Source: an uncultured Nitrososphaerota archaeon (lineage in GTDB: Archaea > Thermoproteota > EX4484-205 > JAAOZP01). Taken from it: a DNA stretch of 64,000 bases. The stretch's first letter is position 1, and each line of letters starts with the position of its first letter. Shown in pieces: positions 36,969-47,634 of this stretch. The notes beneath the pieces were generated by a model. That model was not told the DNA's origin and searched no databases. It saw only the letters and a list, made by a program, of their open reading frames with translations. A program made the translations under genes and the position numbers. The stretch is from the NCBI GenBank assembly GCA_964416155.1, contig CAYQCW010000008.1:7126-71125 (forward strand), given 5' to 3'.

Positions 36969-38846
36969 CTAATATGGAAGTATCCACATGTTTTTCAAAA
37001 TAAGCCCGATAGCCACGCTAATCGTTATGATTAAACCAACCCCCAGAGAAGTCCCAGCGACTATCGCATTCCTGTAGCGTGACCAGAAGTCCTGCCCTAT
37101 TCTTTTTTCAACCAGTTTTCCAATAATCATCCCTATCAGTAAGGAGACAGAGTAGGGTAGTGGTTGCGCTGCGCCTGCAGACAGAGCTATGACAGGAATG
37201 CCTAGGCGCGTCGCCTCGGAGACAGCGAAAACAATAAGGCCAATTGTGAAGAAGCCGGCTACGATAAGCGGGTTGAGCAAGCCAGCCGCACCCCCTGAAG
37301 CGAACAGGCGGAGCCATCGAGCCTGAACCGGCCAGTAAATATTCGTACCCGGGTAAACGTTAGACGGCATTGGCGCGATGTTCCAGAAGGCAGACACGTA
37401 GATGAAGCCAACCAGCCAGGCAATTGGGAAAACTAGGAAATACGTCTTATACATGGTCTTTGAAGGCGTGTTGCAAAGTTGACCAATCTTCATGAAGTAG
37501 CAAAAATCAGCCCCGAAAGTAGTGATAATAAGTGGACCGAACCATATTCTGGTATCGTTAAAGCCTGTTGCACCCATGTATGCGAGGAACATTCCCTCCT
37601 TAAGGTATGGAACATCCTGCTTAAAACCAACGATCCCATAGGATCTTGTGCCTACTAAAGTGTATATGAATGACCATCCGGAGGAAAGAGCAAGAAGCAG
37701 CAGTAGGAAAGTTACTGGGAGACCAGGTATCAGGTAGGCGAAAAGAGTGACCGACCCAACAGTTGAGCCGAAGAACAGCGTTAGAAGAAACCATAACGGG
37801 TAATTGTCAACACCCTTGCCGACCCTTATTCTCAAGAGGCTTTTTAGAGAGTTGATGAAAATTTGAGGGTTTCTCAATATTGGGAGGACTCCCGCAGCTA
37901 TGGCTAAGCCTATTATTGGGCTTACCCAAAGCTCGAAAAGCGAATGCTGGTATATTGTTGAAAGAGAGGAGCCTGGAGACCAATAGCTGAACAGTCCCCT
38001 AAGGGCCGGCAACGGTGATTCGGAACTAGTGAGGAAACATCCGAAGAAGTAGAAAGCCATTCCGCTTGCAAACAAGGTTAGGACGACGTTTACCGGAAGT
38101 ATGAACCCTATCACGATGCTTATGATATCAGTCGCTACGCCGAACGAAGCCCCAGGTAGAAACGGCTCTATTCTACCAGTAAGGTCTATCCATGGGATTG
38201 GAATAGTCGTATAACCCAGTACTAGTGCCGGCAAATAGACTAGAAGCCCGTAGACGAAGCCCAGCGCCGCCGACAGTGTGAAAACCCTAGTTCTCCTAGG
38301 ATCCGTCCTCTCTGAAAGCGTCAGAATGGCGTCAGCCCCGACTTGAGCAGTTGGAAACGGCAGGTCCTCAACCTCGATGAACATGCTTTTCGCGATGAAC
38401 GCCATAGACATGTCTGCAAGTTTCCAAAGTAGTCCCCCTACTAGAGACATGAGAATAGGTGTGATGAAGCCAGATGAGAAAAACGTTCTATAGATAAACA
38501 GGTTTGTCTCTGGAGAAGGAGCCCACCAATCCGGTATGTTTAACCCATAGGCATAGGGACTGGTTCTAAACCAGGTGGCATATATCCACTGGATGCTTAT
38601 AACCTCAAAGCAGATTTGATGTCCCATCATCCATATTAGGAATGCCTCTTGCCTGCTTAACGGGTGTCCAGCCAGAAACCCGAGTTCAACGGCAAACAGT
38701 AGCAGAGTATACTGGATCCCGGAGCTAAGGTTACCGCCGCTGTAAAGCTGATACCATATTGCCGCCGGCAAAAGAACTATTATGCCATAGAGTATCACTA
38801 GAAAGGATCTCCAGGTTAACCCTGAGATGCCTTTAGCACTACTCAT
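36969..38846 (-). CDS. OPT/YSL-like multi-pass membrane transporter
   Basis: Many TM helices; GLTWR, L..QE, F.EVE.LPFP.A, W..APMPS..YP motifs. ATG 38846 overlaps the upstream stop (track start 38894). Confidence 0.8.
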   Translation of the reverse strand: MSSAKGISGLTWRSFLVILYGIIVLLPAAIWYQLYSGGNLSSGIQYTLLLFAVELGFLAGHPLSRQEAFLIWMMGHQICFEVISIQWIYATWFRTSPYAYGLNIPDWWAPSPETNLFIYRTFFSSGFITPILMSLVGGLLWKLADMSMAFIAKSMFIEVEDLPFPTAQVGADAILTLSERTDPRRTRVFTLSAALGFVYGLLVYLPALVLGYTTIPIPWIDLTGRIEPFLPGASFGVATDIISIVIGFILPVNVVLTLFASGMAFYFFGCFLTSSESPLPALRGLFSYWSPGSSLSTIYQHSLFELWVSPIIGLAIAAGVLPILRNPQIFINSLKSLLRIRVGKGVDNYPLWFLLTLFFGSTVGSVTLFAYLIPGLPVTFLLLLLALSSGWSFIYTLVGTRSYGIVGFKQDVPYLKEGMFLAYMGATGFNDTRIWFGPLIITTFGADFCYFMKIGQLCNTPSKTMYKTYFLVFPIAWLVGFIYVSAFWNIAPMPSNVYPGTNIYWPVQARWLRLFASGGAAGLLNPLIVAGFFTIGLIVFAVSEATRLGIPVIALSAGAAQPLPYSVSLLIGMIIGKLVEKRIGQDFWSRYRNAIVAGTSLGVGLIITISVAIGLILKNMWILPY

Positions 38847-41800
38847 GGTTCTTAGCCTCCTCAAATTTCTCTCGAATTTCGCGTGCTTTCTCAATCGCTT
38901 CCAACTTGTCTGCCGCGGGAAGGGTCCTCCAAATAAGCAGTTGTTTGCGAAGACTGTCTACAAACCTGTATCCTGCTTTCTGCCACATGTAAAGCGTACC
39001 GGATTTTCTATTTAGACGGAGAGCGTATTTGAAATTGGTTTCGCCAGCATCTTTGCGGATCAGTATTTCAGCCCTCTGCGAGATCCCCATGTCGAAAGGA
39101 GGCAGAGTGGTGTCAACAATTATGATCTTCTCAACAGCCCCGTCTTCAACCCTTTCAGACAATGCGAGATTATCCGTCCTAAAGGCGCCTACCTCAGCCG
39201 TTGTAAAAGCCTTGAAAAACTCGGCTAAAAACATTATGATCCCATCGGTTTCCTCAGGTGAGGAGGTGAAGGGTAACGGTATGTCCCAGACGTCGCCCTG
39301 AGGCCTGGTTTTAAGCTTCCAAACCCTTTCAACCGAGGGCGTGACCATCCTTGAAGCCTTCATAACAGGATAGATGGAGGACGCTATCGTGGTTAATATC
39401 GATATTGAGACTGTTAAAATTACGATCGTTGAGGAAAAGTTAGGGTAAAAGTCTTTCGGCATCAATTGAAACATATAGAGGAGATTGGTTCCCACAAGCC
39501 CTACAACGTATCCGAGAACCGCTGCCACAACGGAGTACACTAACGTTTCCGACAGAAAGAGACCAGCAACATGCAGTGGCGAGAGTCCCAGTGAACTGAA
39601 AATACCGATCTCTCTAACCCGTTCATACACGTTGGCCAGCATCGCGTCCAAGATTGCCAGAGCGGCAATGATAATCGGGAAAACAAGATGCTCAATCCCC
39701 CTGAGGAAGAACCATGCTTGCTGTTGGAAGTTGGCCCTCTGACCCCCGGCGCTAGCGTAAACGACAAACGGCAGCCTGTTAGAAAGGCTTTGGGCAAATT
39801 CGAAAACCCTGCTTTGGTTACGGAATTTAGCGACTATCTGCACCGGAGGATAGCCCAACCTTTCTGCAAGCGAGTATGGAACTATAAGTACCGATTGAGC
39901 AGGGATATGCTGAATGCCGCCTGCCCATTGGACACCCCAGTTGATGGGCGTCACCTTATACAGGTTTAAATCAACTAGGCTGTTGAAAATGGAAGAGTCG
40001 AAGATTCCGACGATAGTCAGATTGACTCCACCGACATAAATTGCGTCGCCTATTCTCCAGCCGCAGGTGTCTGCAGCCTCCCTCGGTATTATGGCCGTGT
40101 AAGAACTGAGTAGCCCGGAGCAATTCGGAAGAGTAATACCCTGCTCGAAGATGGGGTCTTCAGGCACAACTGCCAGTAAAGCAGAAAAGACGTATTGTGT
40201 TTCAGGCTGGTTATTCGTGATCCTAGTGATCTTTATCTTCGTCCCCGGAAGCTGGCCTCCCAAGACCGACACGTAGCCGCTGGAAGTATAGATCCAGCTT
40301 CTTGGACATATAACGGCTTCGTCTCCGATCTCCACTTTAAGAAGGCCCTCCAGATATGATGGCAGGTACCTGAATTCACTTATCAGGATTCCGTCATAGT
40401 AGGTTTTCCCAGGTTTCGGAATGGTTCTGACTATTGATATCAAGTATATGGATGTTAACGAAATAAGGGAGAACACTATCAACGTGATTGTTACGAGTGT
40501 AAGAGTAGTCCGCAGCCTTCTCTTCCTCATGTTAGATATGCCCATTGAGAAAGCTATTAGAACTGCACCGAACCGGCTTATCTCGGCGAAATGTTTGCCG
40601 ATGACTTCTTCTCTAAAAGCCCTGATAAAGCCCGATATTCTGCCCCATAATATCCCTATGATGGGGGTGACGAAAACCAGGATTGCTATGCCAACCAGCA
40701 TTATATAGATGTTTGTTGCCAAGTGAAAACCAGGGTGGAACCAGTAGAGCAGAGATGTGAAAAGCGCGAAGACTCCGCATGCATACAATATTCTCCGCAG
40801 GCCGCTTCTCGGCGAGAACACGAGTTCTACCAAGAGTATTGAAAATGGAACTAAAAGTATGAAAAAGAATAGGGTTGATGAAATTATTTCGAAAATTAGG
40901 CCCCTTGTAAACGTGTAAGCGTTTATCTCGCTCTGCCAAGCAGCGTAAGTAGCGTAGACCATGCGAGAATAGTTAAACCCAGCTTCTGCCGAGAAACATC
41001 TTGAAGCCTCGCTTAACAGATTGCCCGTATTTTTGGAAAACTCTAAAGCAGGAGCGCTCGCAGCCAAGTAGCTTGACGCCAAGTCAAGCCTATGCTTGTT
41101 CAAAAGATGGAAATCCTTAACAAGCCTTAAAGGCGTGGCTAGGATAATTGATGTTTCACCCTGTTTCACCGAGAATCCTTGTCCTTCGAGAATTTCTTCG
41201 GTAATATTTTTCAAAACCCCCCGGGGGAAGGGTATTCCCGGACTGCTGACTATAACCTCAATAGGCACGCATTCGGGTACAAATATCATCGTTATGTCTT
41301 CACCCTCGATGAAGCTGTCGCGAACATAGCCATAGGATGTAGGTGGAGTATGACCCCGCGAATCTAGAATAGAGATGCTCCCGAGCAGGTTCACCGGTGG
41401 AATAAGGTTGAATAAGACTATTGAGCCGCATGGGAATACTGGAAAATAGCGGGGTGCATCCGGAGTCCCGATACGCCCACTGTCAACCTGGAAGGAAATA
41501 GGGTATACGTCGGATCTTTGCTGCCACAGCTCAGGGGCATATATAACGCTTCCATTCTCGTTGAAGACGAATGCCTCAACCATAACTTTTGGAACTGCGA
41601 CCTCAGCAACACCCACGCCCAGCTGCTGCGCACCCGCATAGGTTGTCTCTGAAGGCAGCCCGTGAACCACAAAAACACCGTTCTCATCCGTTTTACACAA
41701 CGAGTAGAAATGTGGAGAATACCCGTCTTCTGCATAAGACAGGTGGACTGAAACCAGCGCGTGAGGTACTCCCTCAAACCATCCCTTCGCATAATCGTAT

Positions 41801-43401
41801 GTAACAATTTTCCCAGTTAGGGTAACGAAGCCGCCTGCGTTTGGCTGTAAAGCGTACCTCGTTGGCCCAATACCCTTGCTTCCGAAGTCGGGACCGTTTA
41901 TCAGGCTTGACGCTAAGGCCGCTGTAAACCTAACCTGTTTCTTAGTGTTTTCGAACCTTCTCTGAGAGCCGAGACTATTCTCATAGGTGTCTGAAGGCGT
42001 GGAGCAGAAGGTTCTGAAAGAATTTGCGGTGGCTACTGTTATGCCGACTCCGCCCGCTACAACATATGGTTCATGGTCGAAAGCTAGGTTAGTCGGCAAG
42101 TACACTCTCCATTCCCTCACGCGTAAACCGTCTTCAACACTTATATCGAGGCCTAGGCTCTGCAGAATCTTCTTCACCTCGGACTGCGATCCGAATAATC
42201 TATCACGGAGCCAAGTATACCGTAGGAGAGAGGCCTCGAAATAATAGTTGTACCCGCAGAAGAACACCCCTAGATCGCTCACGTCGGAAGTCAGATCAAA
42301 ATTTATCCACATGCTGATCTTCTTGCTTGTTTCCTCGAAGTGTCGCTCCACAAACTCTCTAGAGCCCTTTAACCCTCCGTAGTGAGAGCCTATAGCAAGA
42401 AACCATATTGTTCTCTCCGGAGGATTATCCTTAAAACAGGAAGCCAGCTCCATGATCATCGCAATGCCTACAGCCTCATCTGCTCCAGGAGCCACTCCAA
42501 CCACGTATGATTGTGAATCGTAGTATGCGCTTAAAACCACAATCTCCTCTCTTCTTCCAGGTATTACGCCTAGAATATTCCAAGCTGGCTTTTCCTCCCA
42601 AGAAGCATTCAGCCTAATTCTTACTATAACTTCGCCGGTTGTCAGAAGATCAATCAGATTCTTAGCATCCCTTCTTGGAACCACGAGCCTAGGAATATTT
42701 AACGGTATGCCTAGGTAGTTGACTCCCCCCCTGAAAGCCAATCGGGGTGCATCCGGAAGCCTAGCGTTTAAAGAACTTTGAACGTTATTGTAGATTTCTG
42801 GCTCAATGAATAACACGGCTTTAGCGCCAAACATCACCGTGCGAATCCAGTTCCCGCTGTTCTCATAGTCCACAAGCACTATCGTATCATTAAGGTTCTT
42901 TCCTCCAAGCTCCGACAGGGACGCTTTCCCAACGTAGACCAGCCTCCCCTCAATACCCTCCGGAGGAGTCATACCAGGGTTTAGACCCATCGGGTACATT
43001 GTTAAAACATTGTCAATAGTAAACTGGAATGGGGATAATACTTGAACTCTTGCCTCGTGAATCATTGGGACGAGAACCGTAAAGTTTTCAAAGTAACCGT
43101 AAGGACCCGGTTTAAGACCATTTTTCACGAAGTTTTCATATATGTACTTAGCAGCAGCTTCATAACCGGAGTAGCCTGGGGTCCTGCATCCGAGGCTAGA
43201 TAGATACTTAACGTGCTCGCGAATCGCGTCTGCGTTTATGGTGTTTGCGACCTCGCCATTTTTAAAGACCTGCAGCCCGTCTGCCTCAAGTTGATAAGCA
43301 ATGTTAAAAACGACCGTTGGGCAAAAGAGGAATATGATAGACAGTAGAATGAGCCTTCTTCTCCATACTGATTGAAGCAGGGCTTTTCCCATTAGAGACA
43401 T
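38839..43401 (-). CDS. Fusion of an M28-like/PA domain with a FtsX/MacB-like permease
   Basis: Signal/TM; R.PGY.G; PA insert; SAYYDS..PGADEAVG; TM block; SNMRKRRLRT.LT..TI; extracytoplasmic domain; VYERVREIGI.SSLG.SP FtsX motif; C-terminal domain. Confidence 0.88.
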   Translation of the reverse strand: MSLMGKALLQSVWRRRLILLSIIFLFCPTVVFNIAYQLEADGLQVFKNGEVANTINADAIREHVKYLSSLGCRTPGYSGYEAAAKYIYENFVKNGLKPGPYGYFENFTVLVPMIHEARVQVLSPFQFTIDNVLTMYPMGLNPGMTPPEGIEGRLVYVGKASLSELGGKNLNDTIVLVDYENSGNWIRTVMFGAKAVLFIEPEIYNNVQSSLNARLPDAPRLAFRGGVNYLGIPLNIPRLVVPRRDAKNLIDLLTTGEVIVRIRLNASWEEKPAWNILGVIPGRREEIVVLSAYYDSQSYVVGVAPGADEAVGIAMIMELASCFKDNPPERTIWFLAIGSHYGGLKGSREFVERHFEETSKKISMWINFDLTSDVSDLGVFFCGYNYYFEASLLRYTWLRDRLFGSQSEVKKILQSLGLDISVEDGLRVREWRVYLPTNLAFDHEPYVVAGGVGITVATANSFRTFCSTPSDTYENSLGSQRRFENTKKQVRFTAALASSLINGPDFGSKGIGPTRYALQPNAGGFVTLTGKIVTYDYAKGWFEGVPHALVSVHLSYAEDGYSPHFYSLCKTDENGVFVVHGLPSETTYAGAQQLGVGVAEVAVPKVMVEAFVFNENGSVIYAPELWQQRSDVYPISFQVDSGRIGTPDAPRYFPVFPCGSIVLFNLIPPVNLLGSISILDSRGHTPPTSYGYVRDSFIEGEDITMIFVPECVPIEVIVSSPGIPFPRGVLKNITEEILEGQGFSVKQGETSIILATPLRLVKDFHLLNKHRLDLASSYLAASAPALEFSKNTGNLLSEASRCFSAEAGFNYSRMVYATYAAWQSEINAYTFTRGLIFEIISSTLFFFILLVPFSILLVELVFSPRSGLRRILYACGVFALFTSLLYWFHPGFHLATNIYIMLVGIAILVFVTPIIGILWGRISGFIRAFREEVIGKHFAEISRFGAVLIAFSMGISNMRKRRLRTTLTLVTITLIVFSLISLTSIYLISIVRTIPKPGKTYYDGILISEFRYLPSYLEGLLKVEIGDEAVICPRSWIYTSSGYVSVLGGQLPGTKIKITRITNNQPETQYVFSALLAVVPEDPIFEQGITLPNCSGLLSSYTAIIPREAADTCGWRIGDAIYVGGVNLTIVGIFDSSIFNSLVDLNLYKVTPINWGVQWAGGIQHIPAQSVLIVPYSLAERLGYPPVQIVAKFRNQSRVFEFAQSLSNRLPFVVYASAGGQRANFQQQAWFFLRGIEHLVFPIIIAALAILDAMLANVYERVREIGIFSSLGLSPLHVAGLFLSETLVYSVVAAVLGYVVGLVGTNLLYMFQLMPKDFYPNFSSTIVILTVSISILTTIASSIYPVMKASRMVTPSVERVWKLKTRPQGDVWDIPLPFTSSPEETDGIIMFLAEFFKAFTTAEVGAFRTDNLALSERVEDGAVEKIIIVDTTLPPFDMGISQRAEILIRKDAGETNFKYALRLNRKSGTLYMWQKAGYRFVDSLRKQLLIWRTLPAADKLEAIEKAREIREKFEEAKNHE

Positions 43402-43444
43402 TCCCTAGTCACCTTCATGTCCAATCCTGTTTAAAAATGTAGAT

Positions 43445-43460
43445 AAAAAAAAGAGGGGAG
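43445..43460 (-). terminator. Oligo-T terminator-like tract after the DUF6785-like gene
   Basis: Minus strand reads CTCCCCTCTTTTTTTT just after the 43463 stop. Confidence 0.4.
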
Positions 43461-43462
43461 TG

Positions 43463-45547
43463 TCAACCTGGAACGGCGGGAGCCCATCCTATCCCTGCCT
43501 GCGCAACCGGCAGGAATATGTCGGTAACTATGGATACTATAAATGAGCCTAGGAATATACCTATCGCTAGCGGCACGCCTTGTTCTTCATAGAGCTTTGA
43601 GCCGCCTATTCTAAACGTTAGAAACTTCAAAACCCATGCGACGAGAAGATAGCCCCAAAGCCAGTGTGCAGGCTGGCATAAGCCTATGATAAGACCCACC
43701 GGATTCAATGGAAACCTGGCGAATGCAACCCTGGCCCAAAGGAGAACTCCGGCGAGGAAGAAGCCGGCAGCCCAATTAGCCAGCTCAAGCCCCAGCAGGT
43801 CCTTGTTCCAGTTAAACCAGGAACAGCCTTGAGCTTGGTTGAAAGCAGCGTTAAAAATGGCTTCTTGACTCCACCATGCTGGGCTGACCCACTGGGCGTA
43901 CAGGGTGCCGCCATGGCCGAAGCCCTTGTCAATCCCAATCATGTACGTGAAGACCAGCCACAGCGGGAGACATATGAGGACAGCGAGAACCATGGCCACA
44001 ATGGTTGAAAGCGCCATAGTCCTATTATTGGTTTTAGTTAAAGTCGCCAATTTGAAGGCTTCAAGCTGAGCGCTCTGAGGCGTGCCTGCACCACCCCAGT
44101 ACCACGTGTAGTGCCCAGTCACCACGTAACCCATAATCCAAGCCGTATAGGCACCTGCCCCGTGTGTGGCTTGAGAAGCCGCCGAGGCCTGGGCTCCAAC
44201 AAGCGAGTAGAGTCCTGCTTGAGACAACAGGGTGGCCAAAACCTCCTGAGACTCCCAAGGAATGTCGCCCTTCGCTATGCTTTCCCCACGGATCCTTGAC
44301 GTCGCAACATACTGGAGACATGTATATACTACGATTATGCCGGCTGCCCAGACTGGAATATAGACGACGACCATGAGCACTATGAGCAACACGGTTGAAA
44401 CTATAAAGGCCAGCCACAAGGTTCTATATGAGAACGGCTCGTTAGACTCGTCCAGAACCTTCTTGCCGAACGCATTCTTAAGTGTAGAAGCAATATATTT
44501 TCTCGCGTAAACGAGAAGCCAGAGGCCTAAGCCGATCATTGCACCCCACCCGATCATCCCGCCGGATATGGGTGCTATCGCGCCTGAAGCCATGCTGTGC
44601 CATGCTCCTCCGGAGCTTCCCCAGGGTGCTTGAAGCGTCGCGTATCCAGCCCAAGCAGATATGGCTGGAATAATGTCGACGAATATAAACCAAGCGACCA
44701 CGGCAGTGAAGAGAACATCCAACGGTGCGAGATACCATAAGCTTAGCTGAGACGGTGAAACGCTGAAAAACCAGCTTGAATTGGGCAGTGCGACCTCTAA
44801 GGCTTCAATGTGGTAAGTCTGCCACAGGTTCCATCCTCTTCCAGGTGCCAAGGCATCTATTAGGTTCCCAAGCATTAGTAGAAAGCCTAAGAGTATGCCT
44901 ATCAGTATCTTTTTCACCCGGGGCTTCTGAGTTACACCCAGGCCTAGATTGATCAGCTCATTAGTAATGTTCAAATATGGGAATGGGAGTTTCTCAATGT
45001 CTATCCATAGTTTCCGAAGTATCATTCCCATTGAAACCATGAAGACCACTAGGACCATTGTGAAGACAATCCAGTAGCCTAACGCAGGCGCCCATGCGGC
45101 CCAGGGAACAGAGGTTCCCCCGGTGAAGGCAGCTAAAGCCGCCGTTGTGTCTTTTACTCCGAAAAGGGGGCTCATCTCAAGGGCTCCCGGTATTGTAGAT
45201 ACCCAGTATCCCATGTACCACCATTGTTTTTCCCACGCTGTGTTGAAAATCGATATTGAAAAGGGTACGGCTACGGACCATGCAAAGCCAAGGCTAACTG
45301 TTACCATGGCGAAAACAATAGCGTATTCGTCTGCCCTGAGCCTTATGGAGCTGAGAAAGTAGCCGAGTATCGCTAGCACAAAGAGGATTAGGAACGCTCC
45401 AGCGTTCATGCCCCAGAGGGTCAGATTCACATTGGTCCAGTCTATTGAAAGCTGTATTAACATCATAAGGATGGAGACGACTAGCCCAACTATGAATCCT
45501 CTGGATTTCAAAAATTCGCTAAGGAGGAATTCTTTTTCCCCACTCAT
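43463..45547 (-). CDS. DUF6785/DUF6784-like multi-pass membrane protein (distant OPT relative)
   Basis: Many TM helices; VPW.AW, LRK.W..IEKLPFP, FPLNPVG, W.LK.L..R.GG.KLY motifs. Shares E.LPFP with the 36969 gene. Confidence 0.75.
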   Translation of the reverse strand: MSGEKEFLLSEFLKSRGFIVGLVVSILMMLIQLSIDWTNVNLTLWGMNAGAFLILFVLAILGYFLSSIRLRADEYAIVFAMVTVSLGFAWSVAVPFSISIFNTAWEKQWWYMGYWVSTIPGALEMSPLFGVKDTTAALAAFTGGTSVPWAAWAPALGYWIVFTMVLVVFMVSMGMILRKLWIDIEKLPFPYLNITNELINLGLGVTQKPRVKKILIGILLGFLLMLGNLIDALAPGRGWNLWQTYHIEALEVALPNSSWFFSVSPSQLSLWYLAPLDVLFTAVVAWFIFVDIIPAISAWAGYATLQAPWGSSGGAWHSMASGAIAPISGGMIGWGAMIGLGLWLLVYARKYIASTLKNAFGKKVLDESNEPFSYRTLWLAFIVSTVLLIVLMVVVYIPVWAAGIIVVYTCLQYVATSRIRGESIAKGDIPWESQEVLATLLSQAGLYSLVGAQASAASQATHGAGAYTAWIMGYVVTGHYTWYWGGAGTPQSAQLEAFKLATLTKTNNRTMALSTIVAMVLAVLICLPLWLVFTYMIGIDKGFGHGGTLYAQWVSPAWWSQEAIFNAAFNQAQGCSWFNWNKDLLGLELANWAAGFFLAGVLLWARVAFARFPLNPVGLIIGLCQPAHWLWGYLLVAWVLKFLTFRIGGSKLYEEQGVPLAIGIFLGSFIVSIVTDIFLPVAQAGIGWAPAVPG

Positions 45548-45660
45548 TTCTTCTCACACGTATTTAGTTTGGAAAACTTCTATTTAAATTTTTTTTCAAA
45601 TAATAAATTGGTTTAGCCATACTACCGTCGCAACATTAAGCACATTTCCCCTCTTCACAA

Positions 45661-47312
45661 CTACTCCTTTCTAACGAGGAGCAATACAGCGATCAAAAAT
45701 TCTAGGATCGAAGTGGCTGTTAAACCAGTCATGCCTATGGCAAAAGAAGCAGTCAGAATCAATGCTACGAAGTAAACCAGAATCGGGATTATTGCAACAA
45801 CATAGCTGAGTATCCAGGGGAGAATGTAGTAGTAGAATTTTAAATATAGGTTTCCCGATGGGACTGTTTGCCCAAATGTTCTTGAGAGAAGAACGATTTC
45901 AAACATTATCGCAGCAACTATGGAGAACGTGAAAACACCTCCGAAAAGCGCGAACATGTACACGAGGCCCGGTGCTCTCAGCATAGTTATCGTCAAGAGT
46001 ACGAGGAGTGAAACCAAATACACGGTTGACGATAGGATTGTCTTAGCAAGAATCAGCGTCATCTTTCCTAAAGGCAGGCTTCCAACGTGAGAATAAGCCA
46101 TGCTCTCCGTGTTTAAAAGCGCGGAGGGAAGCATCAATACCATTAACAAAGGCACCGAGAATAGAGGTAGAAGCGTTAAAGGCAAAAACTCAGCAGGAGC
46201 CCCGCTCGCATCAGAGTAGAGGGAGCTGAAGGAGAAGCTGAAAATCACAGTTTGTATAACCGGCATTATAAGTACGGTGAAGTAGGAAGGGGACCTTGAG
46301 GCTATCCTAAGATCCTTTTTAATTATTCCTAACCATGGTGCTCCGGAATTTATGGAAACATCCCTAACCCTCATTCTGGAAACTGTGGCAATGCTTCCAA
46401 AGCCTATTCTAACTATTCTTTCGACGAGCCATTTGAAGGAATACGCTGCCAAGGCGAAGTAGACGAGGGAAGAACCCACTGATAGGATAATAATTCTAGG
46501 GTCGTCAACGGTGAAGAAGGTGGCTAGCGAAGCTAGGAAGCCTAGGGAAAAGGGATAGAGCGATACGAGCAGATATGAAAAGCTTTGAGTAAGGGTTTTC
46601 ATCAAGCTAGCCATCTGCATTGCAAGACCCGTAATCGCATACATCAGAAACATTGGAACAATCCAAACAAGCATGTAGAAAAGCCTCGTGAATGTCCTCC
46701 ACATCGATCTTCCTCCTCCTCTAACCACCTTAGAATAGAAGGAAAGAGCCAAGAAAACCGCTATAGCCAACGCGAAAAACTCTGTGATTACAACGCTCAG
46801 CAATACTGTTAAAGCACCTGGAATGGAGCCGAACGAAATCCCATAGGCTACGGGAACAATTAAAGCTGCCACTATCAAGGGAATATCAAAAATCCTTATG
46901 AAACACAGTAAGAGAATTTTTGAAACATCTCTATTTGAAATCGGAAGGGGAACAAGAAACTCTGCAACTCTGGAAGAGACAAAAGATGTTGCAACCTGCA
47001 ATCCCATGAAAACTATCATAATAAAATCATGCTGAGCATGGTTGAAACCCTACATGCGGCAGCCAACTTCACATCAATCTCGAAAAGAACGCCTGAGAAG
47101 AATATGAAAACCCCCGTAACGCCGATTAAAAAAGCCTTCATGATTTTACTAATCATAGTATTCATCTCAGCGTTCTTAACAAGTGTTACGATGTTTTTCT
47201 CAGTGTCTCCTCCTTGTGGTAGGGTTCCGCCTATGCGAAGGGAGAAAAAAGATTGAAAAACTATTTCCCTGTAAACTTTTTTCGACAGTCTCCATAGTTC
47301 AGACGTATTCAT
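45661..47312 (-). pseudogene. ABC-2-type permease split by a single-base frameshift
   Basis: ORFs 47016-47312 and 45661-47019 join (..IL[F]MIVFM..) if one T is added near 47020. L.PLPI and KDLR..SR permease motifs present. Confidence 0.75.
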
Positions 47313-47317
47313 TAACC

Positions 47318-47500
47318 TTATGCCTCCAGAGCTTTAACTATCTCCTGCACCCCCGCCTCCTGTTCAGTTACCTTCAAGAATATTTCTTCCAACGAGCCTT
47401 CTGCACTCTTAACCAGTTTAAGAAGGAAACATTGTCGACAGCCACGAAAGAACCGTATTTAACCACGAGTCCCTCGACGAAAACAGGCGGAGTATGCATC
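47318..47500 (-). pseudogene. ABC ATPase with its core deleted
   Basis: N-terminus VFVEGLVVKYGSFVAVDNVSF is joined out of frame to C-terminus GSLEEIFLKVTEQEAGVQEIVKALEA*. Walker A/B and the signature motif are absent. Confidence 0.8.
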
Positions 47501-47634
47501 ACATAATCGACTAACCCGGAATTCAGTTCCCAGCACCCCTTCGCTAGAATGATGCTTTCCATATAAGTTTTTATCCATTCGGCCGCTAACCGTGATAAAA
47601 GCTAATAGCAAGCAAAAAGCTTATTCTGACAACT

